Shown here one piece after another: positions 8,976-18,807 of a stretch of 64,000 bases of DNA. How positions within the stretch are numbered: the first letter of the stretch is position 1; the number at the start of each line of letters is the position of its first letter. Where the stretch lies: positions 9,707 through 73,706 of the forward strand of contig CABXDN010000005.1 in the NCBI GenBank assembly GCA_902511005.1, in the 5' to 3' direction. The translations under genes were made by a program, and so were the position numbers. Origin of the DNA: an uncultured Candidatus Poseidoniales archaeon (lineage in GTDB: Archaea; Thermoplasmatota; Poseidoniia; Poseidoniales; Thalassarchaeaceae). The notes beneath the pieces were generated by a model. It saw only the letters and a program-made list of their open reading frames with translations. It ran no database searches and was not told the origin of the DNA.

Positions 8976-10131
8976 TAGAAAATGGGCCTTTACGTGTCAT
9001 ACCTGCTGAATACTCATTCCAATCAAGATTGAATCTGTCTTGATCGGGGTCCCATTCGTCCCATGTCACGACTTTTTCTAGATCTTCTTGGTATTTTTCA
9101 GGAACAATTCCAGGGACAATAAATGCCTTTTGACGATGCAATGGGTATGGGTTTCTTAATTCAATCCCTAAAACACCCAAAACTGCTCTTGCGATATACC
9201 AAGTTGCTTGAGAATTCCATCCATGTGCAATTTTAATTACCACACCTAGGCCTTTTGGCCAGTCTGGATGTTCTATTGACAGTCCGAGTAATCCATCTGC
9301 GCCCTCTTTCGCTATTAATTTCCCATTTCCTGCTTTAAGGCATGTTGAATCTAAACGATTGAATCCACCTATTAAATCAGGACTTCTATTCATTGCCTCC
9401 CATATCCAGTCCTCATTTTTATTAGTTGCAAGGCCCGCGAACATTACCGCCAGTTCATCGACGGTATTGGATACAGTTGGAAGACCGCAGCCATCTTTAG
9501 CAACTCTCAATGGTTCCCAATCTGGCTTATTCATATAAATTCTAAGAACATCTAGGAACATAGGAAACCATGGTGAACTTGGCAATGTATATCCGGCTCT
9601 ATTCATTCCCATTTTTCGAAGTCCCTTCAACATTGCAGCATGTTCTCCCGAACATGTGTGAAACCATCTTCTTGGTCTTCTAACTTGTCTTCCAAATTGA
9701 ATTAATGGTACATCTAATGGACATTGCATAAGTCCCCATTCTGATTCAGTTAGAATTGACTGGGCTGCGGCTACGTGCTCAGTGTCGCCATTGTGTGAAG
9801 AACATGAAATTGCCTTCTGTTCCCAGTTCAACTCATCATCTAATACCTTAGCAAAAGTTTTCATCATTAATGGCTTCATCATTGATCTTCCATAAACAAG
9901 TACATTGCCTCCGAATGAATGTACAATTTCATCTCCATGCGCCCAAGAAACGGCCCCATGGATTGTATTTTCTGAAATATCCATCCTTCTAAAATCAACT
10001 AAAGGTTCCCATTCTACCTCTCTTCCTGTAGCTATTCCCTCATGTTTTTCTCCCAATGGATTAGTCGGAAATACAGCTGAACCGGGCCTCCCTGGGGAAA
10101 CAGATGATGGTCTAATAATTTTTTCACTCAT
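8953..10131 (-). CDS. asparaginase II family (Rhizobium-type, PF06089-like) amidohydrolase
   Basis: The blocks GRSMMKPLM, SCSSHNGDTEHVAAAQ, HTCSGEHAAMLKG and AKEGADGLLG parallel the conserved blocks of that family as I remember them. The substrate is unknown. Confidence 0.6.
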   Translation of the reverse strand: MSEKIIRPSSVSPGRPGSAVFPTNPLGEKHEGIATGREVEWEPLVDFRRMDISENTIHGAVSWAHGDEIVHSFGGNVLVYGRSMMKPLMMKTFAKVLDDELNWEQKAISCSSHNGDTEHVAAAQSILTESEWGLMQCPLDVPLIQFGRQVRRPRRWFHTCSGEHAAMLKGLRKMGMNRAGYTLPSSPWFPMFLDVLRIYMNKPDWEPLRVAKDGCGLPTVSNTVDELAVMFAGLATNKNEDWIWEAMNRSPDLIGGFNRLDSTCLKAGNGKLIAKEGADGLLGLSIEHPDWPKGLGVVIKIAHGWNSQATWYIARAVLGVLGIELRNPYPLHRQKAFIVPGIVPEKYQEDLEKVVTWDEWDPDQDRFNLDWNEYSAGMTRKGPFSNEGGLEG

Positions 10132-11409
10132 TTATTTTCTCTCCTCAATATTTGGCACTACTTTTTCCATAAAAGCTGTCATGTCCCGTTTGACTCTCTC
10201 ACTGTCATGATTGAAAAAATCAAACCAACACATCAGCCTATCATCACTATCAAATCGTTGTGAAATCTGTTCCACCACTTCTTCCACGTTTCCAATAACT
10301 GCATTATCGCTAGCACGCTCTACCTTTGCAGGATCTATTGTACCTTCCAATGCACTCCAGTATGTTGTAAGAGCCGCTTTTGCCTCTTTTTTAGCAGCAA
10401 GGCTTTGTTCTTCTGATGTCAAACCTTCTTCATTATTTATGAATACCATAATTGTACGTGGCATCATACTTCTATTCCATTCCCCTCCATCTTGATGGTA
10501 GTATTGCCTCATCCTTTCATGTGTAGCATCAATGACATGAGCCGGAGTTATACTTAGGTTGAAAACTTGTACTGGCCTCCATTTATTAACTTCAATTTGT
10601 AATTTAGGATCATGGCTGCCTACAACTAAATTGAGTAATTCGCGCCTCCATTCTTGAGGTATGGTCTTGATTTCCTCGAAATCATATCTGTGAGGTATTT
10701 CTATCAATTCAGGTAAATCATTACTATCATTATGTTTCATTGAAGCCAATTGTACCTTCTCCCAGTCTTCATCAGATCTAAAATTATCTCTAGTTAGAAT
10801 TGTATCTCTAATCATTTCTGATGAAATTACTTCTCCACTTAATAATCTTAGGAATATTTCTGATGCTTCTGTAAATATTTGTCCTCTGAGAGCAGGCCAT
10901 GCCGCTTCTTCGATTTCATTCCTAGGCACTATCCCATATGGTCTAGCCATGAACTCAAATCTTCCTGCAGAAAATCCTATGTGTAAGCGTCTATTTTCTT
11001 CTTCCATCATCCCATGTAGTGCAATAAATGAGCCTACACGTTCTGCTATTGCGATAGGTCCCCCCGAAGCGAGGATGGATAACACCGCACTGCCTACATC
11101 CATTCTTTTAGTTCTTGAGAACATTTTTTGTGCGATTTGGAAGAAGTCAGTGCATAATCCTACTTCTCCTGGATAATGCGGAACTACTGGCTTAGTATTT
11201 CTTTTTTGTATTTCAGTAGATAAATGGGCTTGTGCAACCCAACCTACTCCAAATCCTAATTCGTCTGCTAACTCTACTTGATCTAAGAAATTAGAGAACA
11301 TTTCATTTTCAGAAGGGATGTAACCTGTTGTATCAGGTGTTTGTGAGATTGAGAAAAAAATATCAAATTGCACTATATCACACTCATATTGAACGCATTC
11401 TTCCGCCAT
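10132..11409 (-). CDS. luciferase-like (LLM) flavin-dependent oxidoreductase, putative
   Basis: The N-terminal FFSISQTP...ELGFGVGWVAQAHL pattern and overall length fit the luciferase-like TIM-barrel family. This is a weak, motif-level call. Confidence 0.5.
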   Translation of the reverse strand: MAEECVQYECDIVQFDIFFSISQTPDTTGYIPSENEMFSNFLDQVELADELGFGVGWVAQAHLSTEIQKRNTKPVVPHYPGEVGLCTDFFQIAQKMFSRTKRMDVGSAVLSILASGGPIAIAERVGSFIALHGMMEEENRRLHIGFSAGRFEFMARPYGIVPRNEIEEAAWPALRGQIFTEASEIFLRLLSGEVISSEMIRDTILTRDNFRSDEDWEKVQLASMKHNDSNDLPELIEIPHRYDFEEIKTIPQEWRRELLNLVVGSHDPKLQIEVNKWRPVQVFNLSITPAHVIDATHERMRQYYHQDGGEWNRSMMPRTIMVFINNEEGLTSEEQSLAAKKEAKAALTTYWSALEGTIDPAKVERASDNAVIGNVEEVVEQISQRFDSDDRLMCWFDFFNHDSERVKRDMTAFMEKVVPNIEERK

Positions 11410-12190
11410 CTACTGCTAGGCTAATTCCTCTCACTGCTCCACTACTCGGGAGACAGAGCCAAGTTACTGCTGCACCAGTTTCTAAAGGGTCAATTAATCT
11501 TTGAATAGGTACAGAACTCATCCATTTTTCTTGTACTTGTTCGATTGATTCTCCAGTCTTACTAGAAATAGACCCGGCAAGAGATCCGAGTCTATCTGTA
11601 TCTGTGAAACCAGGGAGTATATTATTTATTGTTATACAAGGATCTAATTCACGAGATAGTGACTTCGCCCAAGATCCCATTGCGCCTCTAAGTGTATTTG
11701 ATAATCCGATATTATCTATAGGTTCTCTAACTGATGTAGAAATTACATTTACAATTCTTCCATAACCCTCACTTTTCATTGATGGCATTAGGATACGAGT
11801 GATAGTATGAGCCGCATGTAGATGTCTTTTGAAGGGGGCCTCAAAATCATCTATTGTGTTAGATAGAAGAGGTCCTCCAGGAGGTCCACCTGAATTATTA
11901 ATCAGTATATGTATTGGTTGTTGTTTAATCAGCTCCTTAATTTTAGATTCTAGTAGAGGTATATTTTCTAAATCTAAAGTTAATATGATGTGATTATCAC
12001 CATGCATTTCTTCAGATAATAGTTCTAATTCATTAGGTGACCTTGCACAGGCTATGACCTGAGCCCCTGATCTCGCTAACATGAGAGCAGTGGCCTTTCC
12101 TATCCCTTTTGATGCGCCACAAACAAGTGCGGTTTTCCCCTTTAGAATATTGTCTGCATATGGGAATTTAGTATCGAGTAAGTTTTCCAT
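11384..12190 (-). CDS. short-chain dehydrogenase/reductase family protein, atypical active site
   Basis: TALVCGASKGIGKATA (TGxxxGIG dinucleotide-binding) and NNSGG. At the position where classical SDRs carry YxxxK the sequence reads S-N-T-L-R (GLSNTLRGAMGSWAKSLSREL). Confidence 0.8.
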   Translation of the reverse strand: MENLLDTKFPYADNILKGKTALVCGASKGIGKATALMLARSGAQVIACARSPNELELLSEEMHGDNHIILTLDLENIPLLESKIKELIKQQPIHILINNSGGPPGGPLLSNTIDDFEAPFKRHLHAAHTITRILMPSMKSEGYGRIVNVISTSVREPIDNIGLSNTLRGAMGSWAKSLSRELDPCITINNILPGFTDTDRLGSLAGSISSKTGESIEQVQEKWMSSVPIQRLIDPLETGAAVTWLCLPSSGAVRGISLAVDGGRMRSI

Positions 12191-12199
12191 TTTTCACAC

Positions 12200-12946
12200 C
12201 TAGTTTACATAATGAGCGTAAGTTTCATCGTCTAATTTCTGATTTACTACTTCTAAGATTTCATCAGGAGCGTTACGGAAAGTTGGGTGGGGGCTTTCAC
12301 CTTGAGGCCGACGCATTTGATCCCACTTCCCTTCCTCATAAGCCATCAATGCTTCCTTCATCAAAATTCCCGCTAAAACTAGTGTTTCATAGCATAAGTC
12401 TTCATATTTCATACCTCTTTTAACAGCGACTTCTCTCCTTAGCAAAAGATGACCAGTATCTACTCCATTGTCACAGAAATGCGTAGATGAACCAATTGGG
12501 ATATCATGATATACACTCCAAGCAGGGGATGCTGAACCTCTACATTCCGGCAATAGCCCTGGATGACTATTGATTACTCCGTGTTTTGGATAATCTAATA
12601 TTTCTCCTCTAATTATTCTCGTCCCACCGAATACGATGAGATCTAAATCTAAGCCAATAAGGTGGGGCATGACTTCAGCAGAATTATGTATCTCGACCTC
12701 TATATTTTCAACCTGTATATTTTTTGTCAATAATTCTCTCAATTGTACTTCTATCTCTGGAGCTATCGGATTTCCCTCTATTCTTGTAAGAAATTTTTCT
12801 CTTTCTTCATCAGCGACCTTAGAATTTTCTGAAATAATAATACTAGGTATAAATCCCTCTGAAATTAATTGTTTCAGCATCTCTCTGCCATATGGGTGTT
12901 CTTTCAGAAGTAAATATGCAAAGGTCGGCTTGCTCATAATTCTCAT
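12200..12946 (-). CDS. formyltransferase N-terminal-domain family protein (Fmt/PurN-like fold), stand-alone
   Basis: GVINSHPGLLPECRGSASPAWSV matches the N-x-H-x-x-L-L-P-x-x-R-G core, with a downstream FCDNGVDTGHLL (Asp). There is no C-terminal Fmt domain. Confidence 0.6.
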   Translation of the reverse strand: MRIMSKPTFAYLLLKEHPYGREMLKQLISEGFIPSIIISENSKVADEEREKFLTRIEGNPIAPEIEVQLRELLTKNIQVENIEVEIHNSAEVMPHLIGLDLDLIVFGGTRIIRGEILDYPKHGVINSHPGLLPECRGSASPAWSVYHDIPIGSSTHFCDNGVDTGHLLLRREVAVKRGMKYEDLCYETLVLAGILMKEALMAYEEGKWDQMRRPQGESPHPTFRNAPDEILEVVNQKLDDETYAHYVN

Positions 12947-13002
12947 TTAGCGCAGGGGGTACTGATACCCATTCTTTTCGGTGATGTGTTTTGTAATTAT
13001 GA

Positions 13003-13176
13003 TCAAAGAATAATTACAAAAATCAAGTATCCCAAACCTATTCCAGCAATTAATGTTACAATCATTGCAGCAAAGAACATTTTGTATAATTTAGAAATCA
13101 TACCTTTTATTGGAATGCCGAATACATCATCAGAGGCACTAACAATATCAAGAAACATTTTCAACTGTGGTAGCAT
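13003..13176 (-). CDS. possible 57-aa tail-anchored small membrane protein (below the ORF-track length cut-off)
   Basis: Minus-strand ATG at 13176 lies 15 nt downstream of the aspS stop. It translates to MLPQLKMFLDIVSASDDVFGIPIKGMISKLYKMFFAAMIVTLIAGIGLGYLIFVIIL, with one clean C-terminal TM helix. I recognise no homology. Confidence 0.3.
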   Translation of the reverse strand: MLPQLKMFLDIVSASDDVFGIPIKGMISKLYKMFFAAMIVTLIAGIGLGYLIFVIIL

Positions 13177-13191
13177 ATTTCTTACATTTCC

Positions 13192-14601
13192 TTAGGGTGT
13201 AACTCTAGTTCTATCTCTGGGGAATAATACAACTTCTCTCACATTCCCCGCACCAGTGAGTACCATTAGTAAACGAGCAACACCTAATCCCCAACCTGCA
13301 TGAGGCGGGGCACCGTAACGGAATCCGTCTGTATAGAATTTGAATTCATCTGGATTAAGATCCATATCTCTGAGATTTTGTTCGAGCATGTCTACTCTAT
13401 GTTCTCTTTGACCGCCACTTGTCATTTCATCACGGCCATAATTTAGATCGAAACCTCTACTTAATTGTCCTCCTGTACTACTTTTCTCCTCTTTATTATG
13501 GTAAATATAAAATGGTTTCATAGCCATCGGCCATCGAGGTAAGAAATGGAAACCTGGATATTTCGCTGCTATCAAATCACAATGATGGCTTTCTATATCG
13601 TCCCCCCATTCTATTCCACCGCCTCCTGCTTTTACAATTTCTATAGCTTCACAATATGAAATTCTTGGGAATGGTAATTGAGGTATTTCTACAGAAATAG
13701 TATCTTCTCCTTGACTAGATTTATATTGGTTAATCACATCTATCAAATTCATATCATTTTCTGAAACTGAAGACCAGATATGGTGAATCATGCGTTCTTG
13801 AACTCCCATGACATCTTCATCATTCATCCATGCACCTTCAATATCGAATGATATAAATTCATTAAGATGCCGATATGTGTCGTGTTTTTCAGCCCTAAAC
13901 GCAGGCCCTATCTCAAAAACTCTTTCGAGACCTCCAAGGACCGCTAATTGTTTGTAAAGTTGAGGGGACTGGCTGAGGAAAGCAGGTGTGTCAAAATACA
14001 TCATTGGGAATAGATTGGTCCCTCCTTCTGAAGCACTAGCGATAATTTTTGGACTATTCATTTCCATAAATCCTTCCTTTATGAGATGTTCTCTACCGTA
14101 CTGTAATACTTTGCTTCTTAGTTGAAACATGGCATTTACATGTGATCTTCGCAGGTCTAGGTGTCTATTGTCCAATCTGATATCGAGACCGATTTTAACA
14201 TCATCAATAACTCCCACGGGCAGAGGCGTATCTGCGGTAGCAAGAATTTCACCTGAGGTCACATTAACTTCATACTCAGGTGGAGGCAATGGTTCTCCTT
14301 CTGCTACTTTGGGTGGTCTTTTTTGTGCTACTTTACCAGTTACATGAATGGTTGATTCTCGTGTTGCAGACTGGATTAAATCAAAAGTATCAGGGTCCAT
14401 ATTGTCTTTCTTTAGGAATGCTTGAATATGTCCTGTCCCATCTCTCAACATTAAGAAGCAAATAGCCCCTCTACCACGTATAGTTTCAGCGTATCCTGCA
14501 ATACTTACTTCGCTGTCGACCAATGTCAAGCCATTACTTACAATTTGCCCTATTGTATGTGTTCTATAGGATGTAGGCTCCCACTCGCTACTGTCTCGCA
14601 T
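13192..14601 (-). CDS. aspS: aspartyl-tRNA synthetase, archaeal/eukaryal type
   Basis: Class II motifs [23 protein letters not shown] and [16 protein letters not shown]-terminal OB-fold anticodon-binding region. Confidence 0.92.
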   Translation of the reverse strand: MRDSSEWEPTSYRTHTIGQIVSNGLTLVDSEVSIAGYAETIRGRGAICFLMLRDGTGHIQAFLKKDNMDPDTFDLIQSATRESTIHVTGKVAQKRPPKVAEGEPLPPPEYEVNVTSGEILATADTPLPVGVIDDVKIGLDIRLDNRHLDLRRSHVNAMFQLRSKVLQYGREHLIKEGFMEMNSPKIIASASEGGTNLFPMMYFDTPAFLSQSPQLYKQLAVLGGLERVFEIGPAFRAEKHDTYRHLNEFISFDIEGAWMNDEDVMGVQERMIHHIWSSVSENDMNLIDVINQYKSSQGEDTISVEIPQLPFPRISYCEAIEIVKAGGGGIEWGDDIESHHCDLIAAKYPGFHFLPRWPMAMKPFYIYHNKEEKSSTGGQLSRGFDLNYGRDEMTSGGQREHRVDMLEQNLRDMDLNPDEFKFYTDGFRYGAPPHAGWGLGVARLLMVLTGAGNVREVVLFPRDRTRVTP

Positions 14602-14637
14602 GAATGTTGCGGACGAATACTTGGTTATGAATCAAAT

Positions 14638-15453
14638 CTATTCTTCTTCCTCAGATGCAATTCTCGCCGCTATCATCAAAAATGCAGTATGGCCCATGGG
14701 TTGATTCCCTGGCCTCACTCCACCTTTACTCGCTTTACTCCACTTTCGTTCAATTATTTCGCCAGCCCATTCTATCTCTAAACCCGCATTTTCACATGCA
14801 TTCCAAGATTTTTCCAATTGTGAAGTAGTAGGGCAATAGCAAGCAATTCTCCCTCCGATTCTCAGGGTTGGTATAATCGAATTTACTACAGTCCATGGCT
14901 CTGCCATATCTATGATCGCAGCATCAATTTCTCCGCAGATTTGTTTAACTTTTTCTTCTACATCTACAAGATTTCCTACTAATAAGTGCCAATCTGGAAA
15001 TTCCGGTAAAATTTCTTCTAGCCTATCCATATTCAATTTTCCCACTTGCGCATGCTCGTCACGAATTTCTACTGAGATTAAAGTACCTGTATTACCTAAA
15101 ACATTGGCTATATGCATTGCCAACCCTGCGGATCCATGCCCACCTTCTAATACGCGACTTCCTACACCAATGCCCATCCAAGAAAGTAGAAATCCTGAAT
15201 CCTTTATGCCTATAGTTTGGGCACGTCTAAACATATTACGTCGGGCTTCAGGTAAAGCGGCTTGGACTATAGTAAGTGATTTCTGTCCTACTGTAATTCG
15301 TTCTCCAATCGAATAACCATCTAATAATTGCGTCGCATCGAATCTCCCTAGGCCTTTGACTTTAATTTCTCCGGGCTTATTTTGTAGTAAATATGCCCTA
15401 CCATCATCTTCCCTTAGAGCGACCCATTGTGAATCCTTGACTCCAACCATCAT
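14638..15453 (-). CDS. trmI: tRNA (adenine-N1)-methyltransferase, TrmI/Gcd14 family
   Basis: RRAQTIGIKDSGFLLSWMGIGVGSRVLEGGHGSAGLAMHIA is a Gcd14-type N-terminal region plus a SAM-binding glycine-rich loop. The length is typical. Confidence 0.7.
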   Translation of the reverse strand: MMVGVKDSQWVALREDDGRAYLLQNKPGEIKVKGLGRFDATQLLDGYSIGERITVGQKSLTIVQAALPEARRNMFRRAQTIGIKDSGFLLSWMGIGVGSRVLEGGHGSAGLAMHIANVLGNTGTLISVEIRDEHAQVGKLNMDRLEEILPEFPDWHLLVGNLVDVEEKVKQICGEIDAAIIDMAEPWTVVNSIIPTLRIGGRIACYCPTTSQLEKSWNACENAGLEIEWAGEIIERKWSKASKGGVRPGNQPMGHTAFLMIAARIASEEEE

Positions 15454-15570
15454 TCTCTTCGCGAAGGCTCTATGATTTCAAGTCATTTGATACTAAATAA
15501 AACATAAGTTTACGAATATCAGTTAATCATTAAATCGCTAAGGTTATAGTGAACGGTGTAAAGGCTAGTA

Positions 15571-18500
15571 ATGATGTTACGTAGTAAGTTGTCATCTTCT
15601 CTTTCTGCGCTGGCATTAGTTTGTTTAATGCTAACAATGTCTCAAGTTGGTTTAATCGGCTCTGAAGATTCAGATTCTAGATTCGACAAGTTAGAAATGG
15701 AAGATGCTCCATTATACGCATCAAGCCCTGGTCACACTGTTTTTGGAGAATATGTTGGTGCACATTGGTGTGGTCCATGTATGAGCAGTGCATCTCCATC
15801 ATTGAACAATCTCAAAACATCAAACCCTGAAGACTTTACTTATGTCTCCTTCTTCCAGGGTTCTGGCACAGGTTGGCCATCTGATTCTATCGGTAGTTCA
15901 GGTTCACGCAGAGATCACGTCATGGGAGCATCTAGTGGTTATCCTACATTTTCTTTTGCAGATGAACAGGCGGGTAGTTGTTACAAGGTCGGTGCTGGTG
16001 GGACTAATTTCTATGATAATGATTTTTCATCAGGAGGTTGTATGGCTCCTTCGTCATCAGATTTCTCTATGGAATTATCAACCTCTTTGGATTCATCAGG
16101 TGAGATTGTAACTACTGACCTTACTGTTACTTACCTAGGTTCTTTACCCACGGTTTCAGTTTATGTTTATGCAGCAGTCACTGAACATTCAGGGGCAGAG
16201 AACTATGACGACGGTTACAAACCTCATCATGTTTGGAGATCATGGTTACTAAACACTAATGACAATGGATTCGAACAATTGATTCTATCTCCTGGTAATC
16301 CTTCTGAACTTTCTTGGGATAAACCTTTGAGTACAGTCCGAGCAGCAGGTGGAAATACTCAGTATGAGAATTTTTGGCCAGTAATTGCGTTGATGGATGG
16401 TCCTCATAGTACATACAACAGTTTCTATGCTGCGGTGGATTTAGATATGGCTCCATTAGTAGATATTGGAATTTCAGATTTCATAATTGAAGGCAATCCT
16501 GGTTTCGTTCAAGGAGATAATTTATTATTGCGTTCAACTTTAAGAAATAATGGTGTAGATTCATATTCAGAAGGTGGCAATATCGATATTTATTACTTGA
16601 ATGGGCCTGAAGAGGAGTACTTAGGTGGTGCAACAATTAGATCAAATCTCGCAACCGGATCAACACAATCAATATCCGTTAATTTTGACACATCTTCTAT
16701 CGAAATGCAGCCATCGGGGACTTCAGTATTCCGAGCTAGACTCAGTGACTTAGAAGGAGACCGAGTTGCAAGCAATAACTATCTAGATGTTTCAGGTTTA
16801 CATGATTTGCCCCCAATTCCAAGTAAACCTACAGCAGTTTCGTCTCCAAATGTAAATAGAGGAAGTACTGTACAATTCGAAGTTAGTGCTATTGCTAATG
16901 ATCTAGTAGATACGATGAATTCTATGTACCCCTCACTACAATATTCTAAATCAAACTCCGGACTATGGGATGATACTTGGTTAGATATACCCGAAATAAT
17001 TGGAAATGGAGGTAATTCTAGATTTCTTTATACTATTGATACAGAATTAAATTCAGACATAGGGTCTTACGATCTTAGAGTTATGTGGACTGACGCAGGA
17101 GGTCAGAGTAGTCAATGGCTTGAATCAAGTGATGCATTTATTTTACAAAATTCAATTCCTGTAATTTACTCAAGTAGTAGCAATGAGTATGCAGGTATGC
17201 CCACTGTGAAAGTTGATACCTACGAATCAGTATCTATAATCGGTCTGATCAATGATGCCGAGACTCCTCTACAGATGCTAGAAATTTCTAGTGAAGACCC
17301 AGAATTTCTTTCATGGGATCCAACAAATCTCGAAATTAATGTGAGATTCTCACAAGTTGTGCGAGACAGCCATGGTAATCCACTACCTCAAGGAATTTAT
17401 TTTAATGTAGATGATGGGGATGATGTGAACTCTGGTTTAATTTTATTTAATGTAATCGAGAATGGTGCACCTCGCTGGTCTCCAATTAATACTCAATCAT
17501 TTAATGAGGGTGGATATGGTAGTATCACTTTCACTAACTATCTTTCAGATACAGATGATGCAGGAAATCCGGTAGCAGTTGCTGGGTTATCATTGTCTTT
17601 GTTAGGCATCTCTGATGAGACCCTTGTTGAAGCTAACTTGAACGGCCACTCTTTGTCAGTTGTCGCCCTTGATGATGACCAATACGGGATAGTCGACATA
17701 ACAGTCAGAGCAAGTGATGGTGTGAAATATTCGGATACAGTTGTAACTTTCCATGTTTTAAATGTTAATGACGCACCAAATATTGATTTAACTGATATCG
17801 AAGAAATCACATTACAAACAGGAGATGTTCTAAATGTGCAATTATCAGATAGAATAACCGATGTTGATAATTCTGATGACGAGATATGGACAGTTGTTAG
17901 CAATGAAGTTCCTGGTTCTACTCAATGGAATCAAATAACTGGAGTTTTAGTGATGTCTTGGCAAGAACCCGGTTATCAAACAGTTACAGTAACTTCTGAG
18001 GACAGATATGGCGATTCTTCGACTGTTTTGATTCTAGTAAATGTAGTCGACGAACTACCATTAGTTTGGAAATTTGGTTCATTGGGTGATCTAACAATTT
18101 CTGTAGATACAACTGAGTATTATACTAACCCCTCTGTTGAAATTACAAATATTGGCCACTTAAATCTATCTGAAATCGCAGTATTTTGGAGTATTTGTAA
18201 CACCGTTACTGGAATTTGTCATACCTCGGGCATATCTCATAATTTAGGGCCATTTATTGTCAACCACATAGGTGGTGAAGGATTAGGGATAGGTGATTAT
18301 ATGACTTTCACCGTTAGAGCCGTCGACGAAGATGGAATGGACAGAGTAACAGAAGAGACTTACAAGATTTATGCTACTTTACCTGAAGTTATAATCGATG
18401 AAGAAACTTTAGATAATGTCGGAGGTTCTAGTTCCGAGATGAGTATAATGATGATGTCTGGGATATTGGGTCTAGCATTGCTAGTAGTTTTATCTATGAT

Positions 18501-18741
18501 TATTTCTCTAAATGTCGCAATCAGGAGAAAGAAGAGAATTGCCGATGTTTACAATACATACCCTGAGAAATTATCAGGATTACTACTGCACCAATCAATT
18601 ACGCCTCCTCTTGCAACTAAGAATATAGCTCCACCACCGCCGCCTATGGTTGCTAAATTACCCCCTGGTGGTTTACCAGATGGTTGGACTATGGAGCAAT
18701 GGCATTACTACGGGGAAGAGTATCTTCGCCGTCTTAGGTGA
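15571..18741 (+). CDS. large (1056 aa) surface protein: signal peptide, thioredoxin-like WCGPC module, CARDB-like and cadherin-like Ig domains, C-terminal TM anchor and Pro/Trp-rich tail
   Basis: N-terminal LSALALVCLMLTM. EYVGAHWCGPCMSS at nt 15766-15780. DIGISDFIIEG...LRNNGVDSY is CARDB-like. VLNVNDAPNI is a cadherin-like linker. TM GILGLALLVVLSMIISLNVAI is followed by RRKKR. Confidence 0.85.
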   Translation: MMLRSKLSSSLSALALVCLMLTMSQVGLIGSEDSDSRFDKLEMEDAPLYASSPGHTVFGEYVGAHWCGPCMSSASPSLNNLKTSNPEDFTYVSFFQGSGTGWPSDSIGSSGSRRDHVMGASSGYPTFSFADEQAGSCYKVGAGGTNFYDNDFSSGGCMAPSSSDFSMELSTSLDSSGEIVTTDLTVTYLGSLPTVSVYVYAAVTEHSGAENYDDGYKPHHVWRSWLLNTNDNGFEQLILSPGNPSELSWDKPLSTVRAAGGNTQYENFWPVIALMDGPHSTYNSFYAAVDLDMAPLVDIGISDFIIEGNPGFVQGDNLLLRSTLRNNGVDSYSEGGNIDIYYLNGPEEEYLGGATIRSNLATGSTQSISVNFDTSSIEMQPSGTSVFRARLSDLEGDRVASNNYLDVSGLHDLPPIPSKPTAVSSPNVNRGSTVQFEVSAIANDLVDTMNSMYPSLQYSKSNSGLWDDTWLDIPEIIGNGGNSRFLYTIDTELNSDIGSYDLRVMWTDAGGQSSQWLESSDAFILQNSIPVIYSSSSNEYAGMPTVKVDTYESVSIIGLINDAETPLQMLEISSEDPEFLSWDPTNLEINVRFSQVVRDSHGNPLPQGIYFNVDDGDDVNSGLILFNVIENGAPRWSPINTQSFNEGGYGSITFTNYLSDTDDAGNPVAVAGLSLSLLGISDETLVEANLNGHSLSVVALDDDQYGIVDITVRASDGVKYSDTVVTFHVLNVNDAPNIDLTDIEEITLQTGDVLNVQLSDRITDVDNSDDEIWTVVSNEVPGSTQWNQITGVLVMSWQEPGYQTVTVTSEDRYGDSSTVLILVNVVDELPLVWKFGSLGDLTISVDTTEYYTNPSVEITNIGHLNLSEIAVFWSICNTVTGICHTSGISHNLGPFIVNHIGGEGLGIGDYMTFTVRAVDEDGMDRVTEETYKIYATLPEVIIDEETLDNVGGSSSEMSIMMMSGILGLALLVVLSMIISLNVAIRRKKRIADVYNTYPEKLSGLLLHQSITPPLATKNIAPPPPPMVAKLPPGGLPDGWTMEQWHYYGEEYLRRLR

Positions 18742-18807
18742 GTTTTTTGCAAATGCTTCTATGACGCACCTTCAAGAAGGTCAGACTTACAGGACTAACC
18801 CCGAGGG

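Noticed and set aside
12986-13195. Plus-strand 69-aa ORF in the aspS-downstream gap
   Set aside because: It would converge into and overlap the aspS stop. Its Ile/Asn-rich composition has no TM helix or motif. The minus-strand 57-aa TM ORF is more gene-like, although it too is uncertain.
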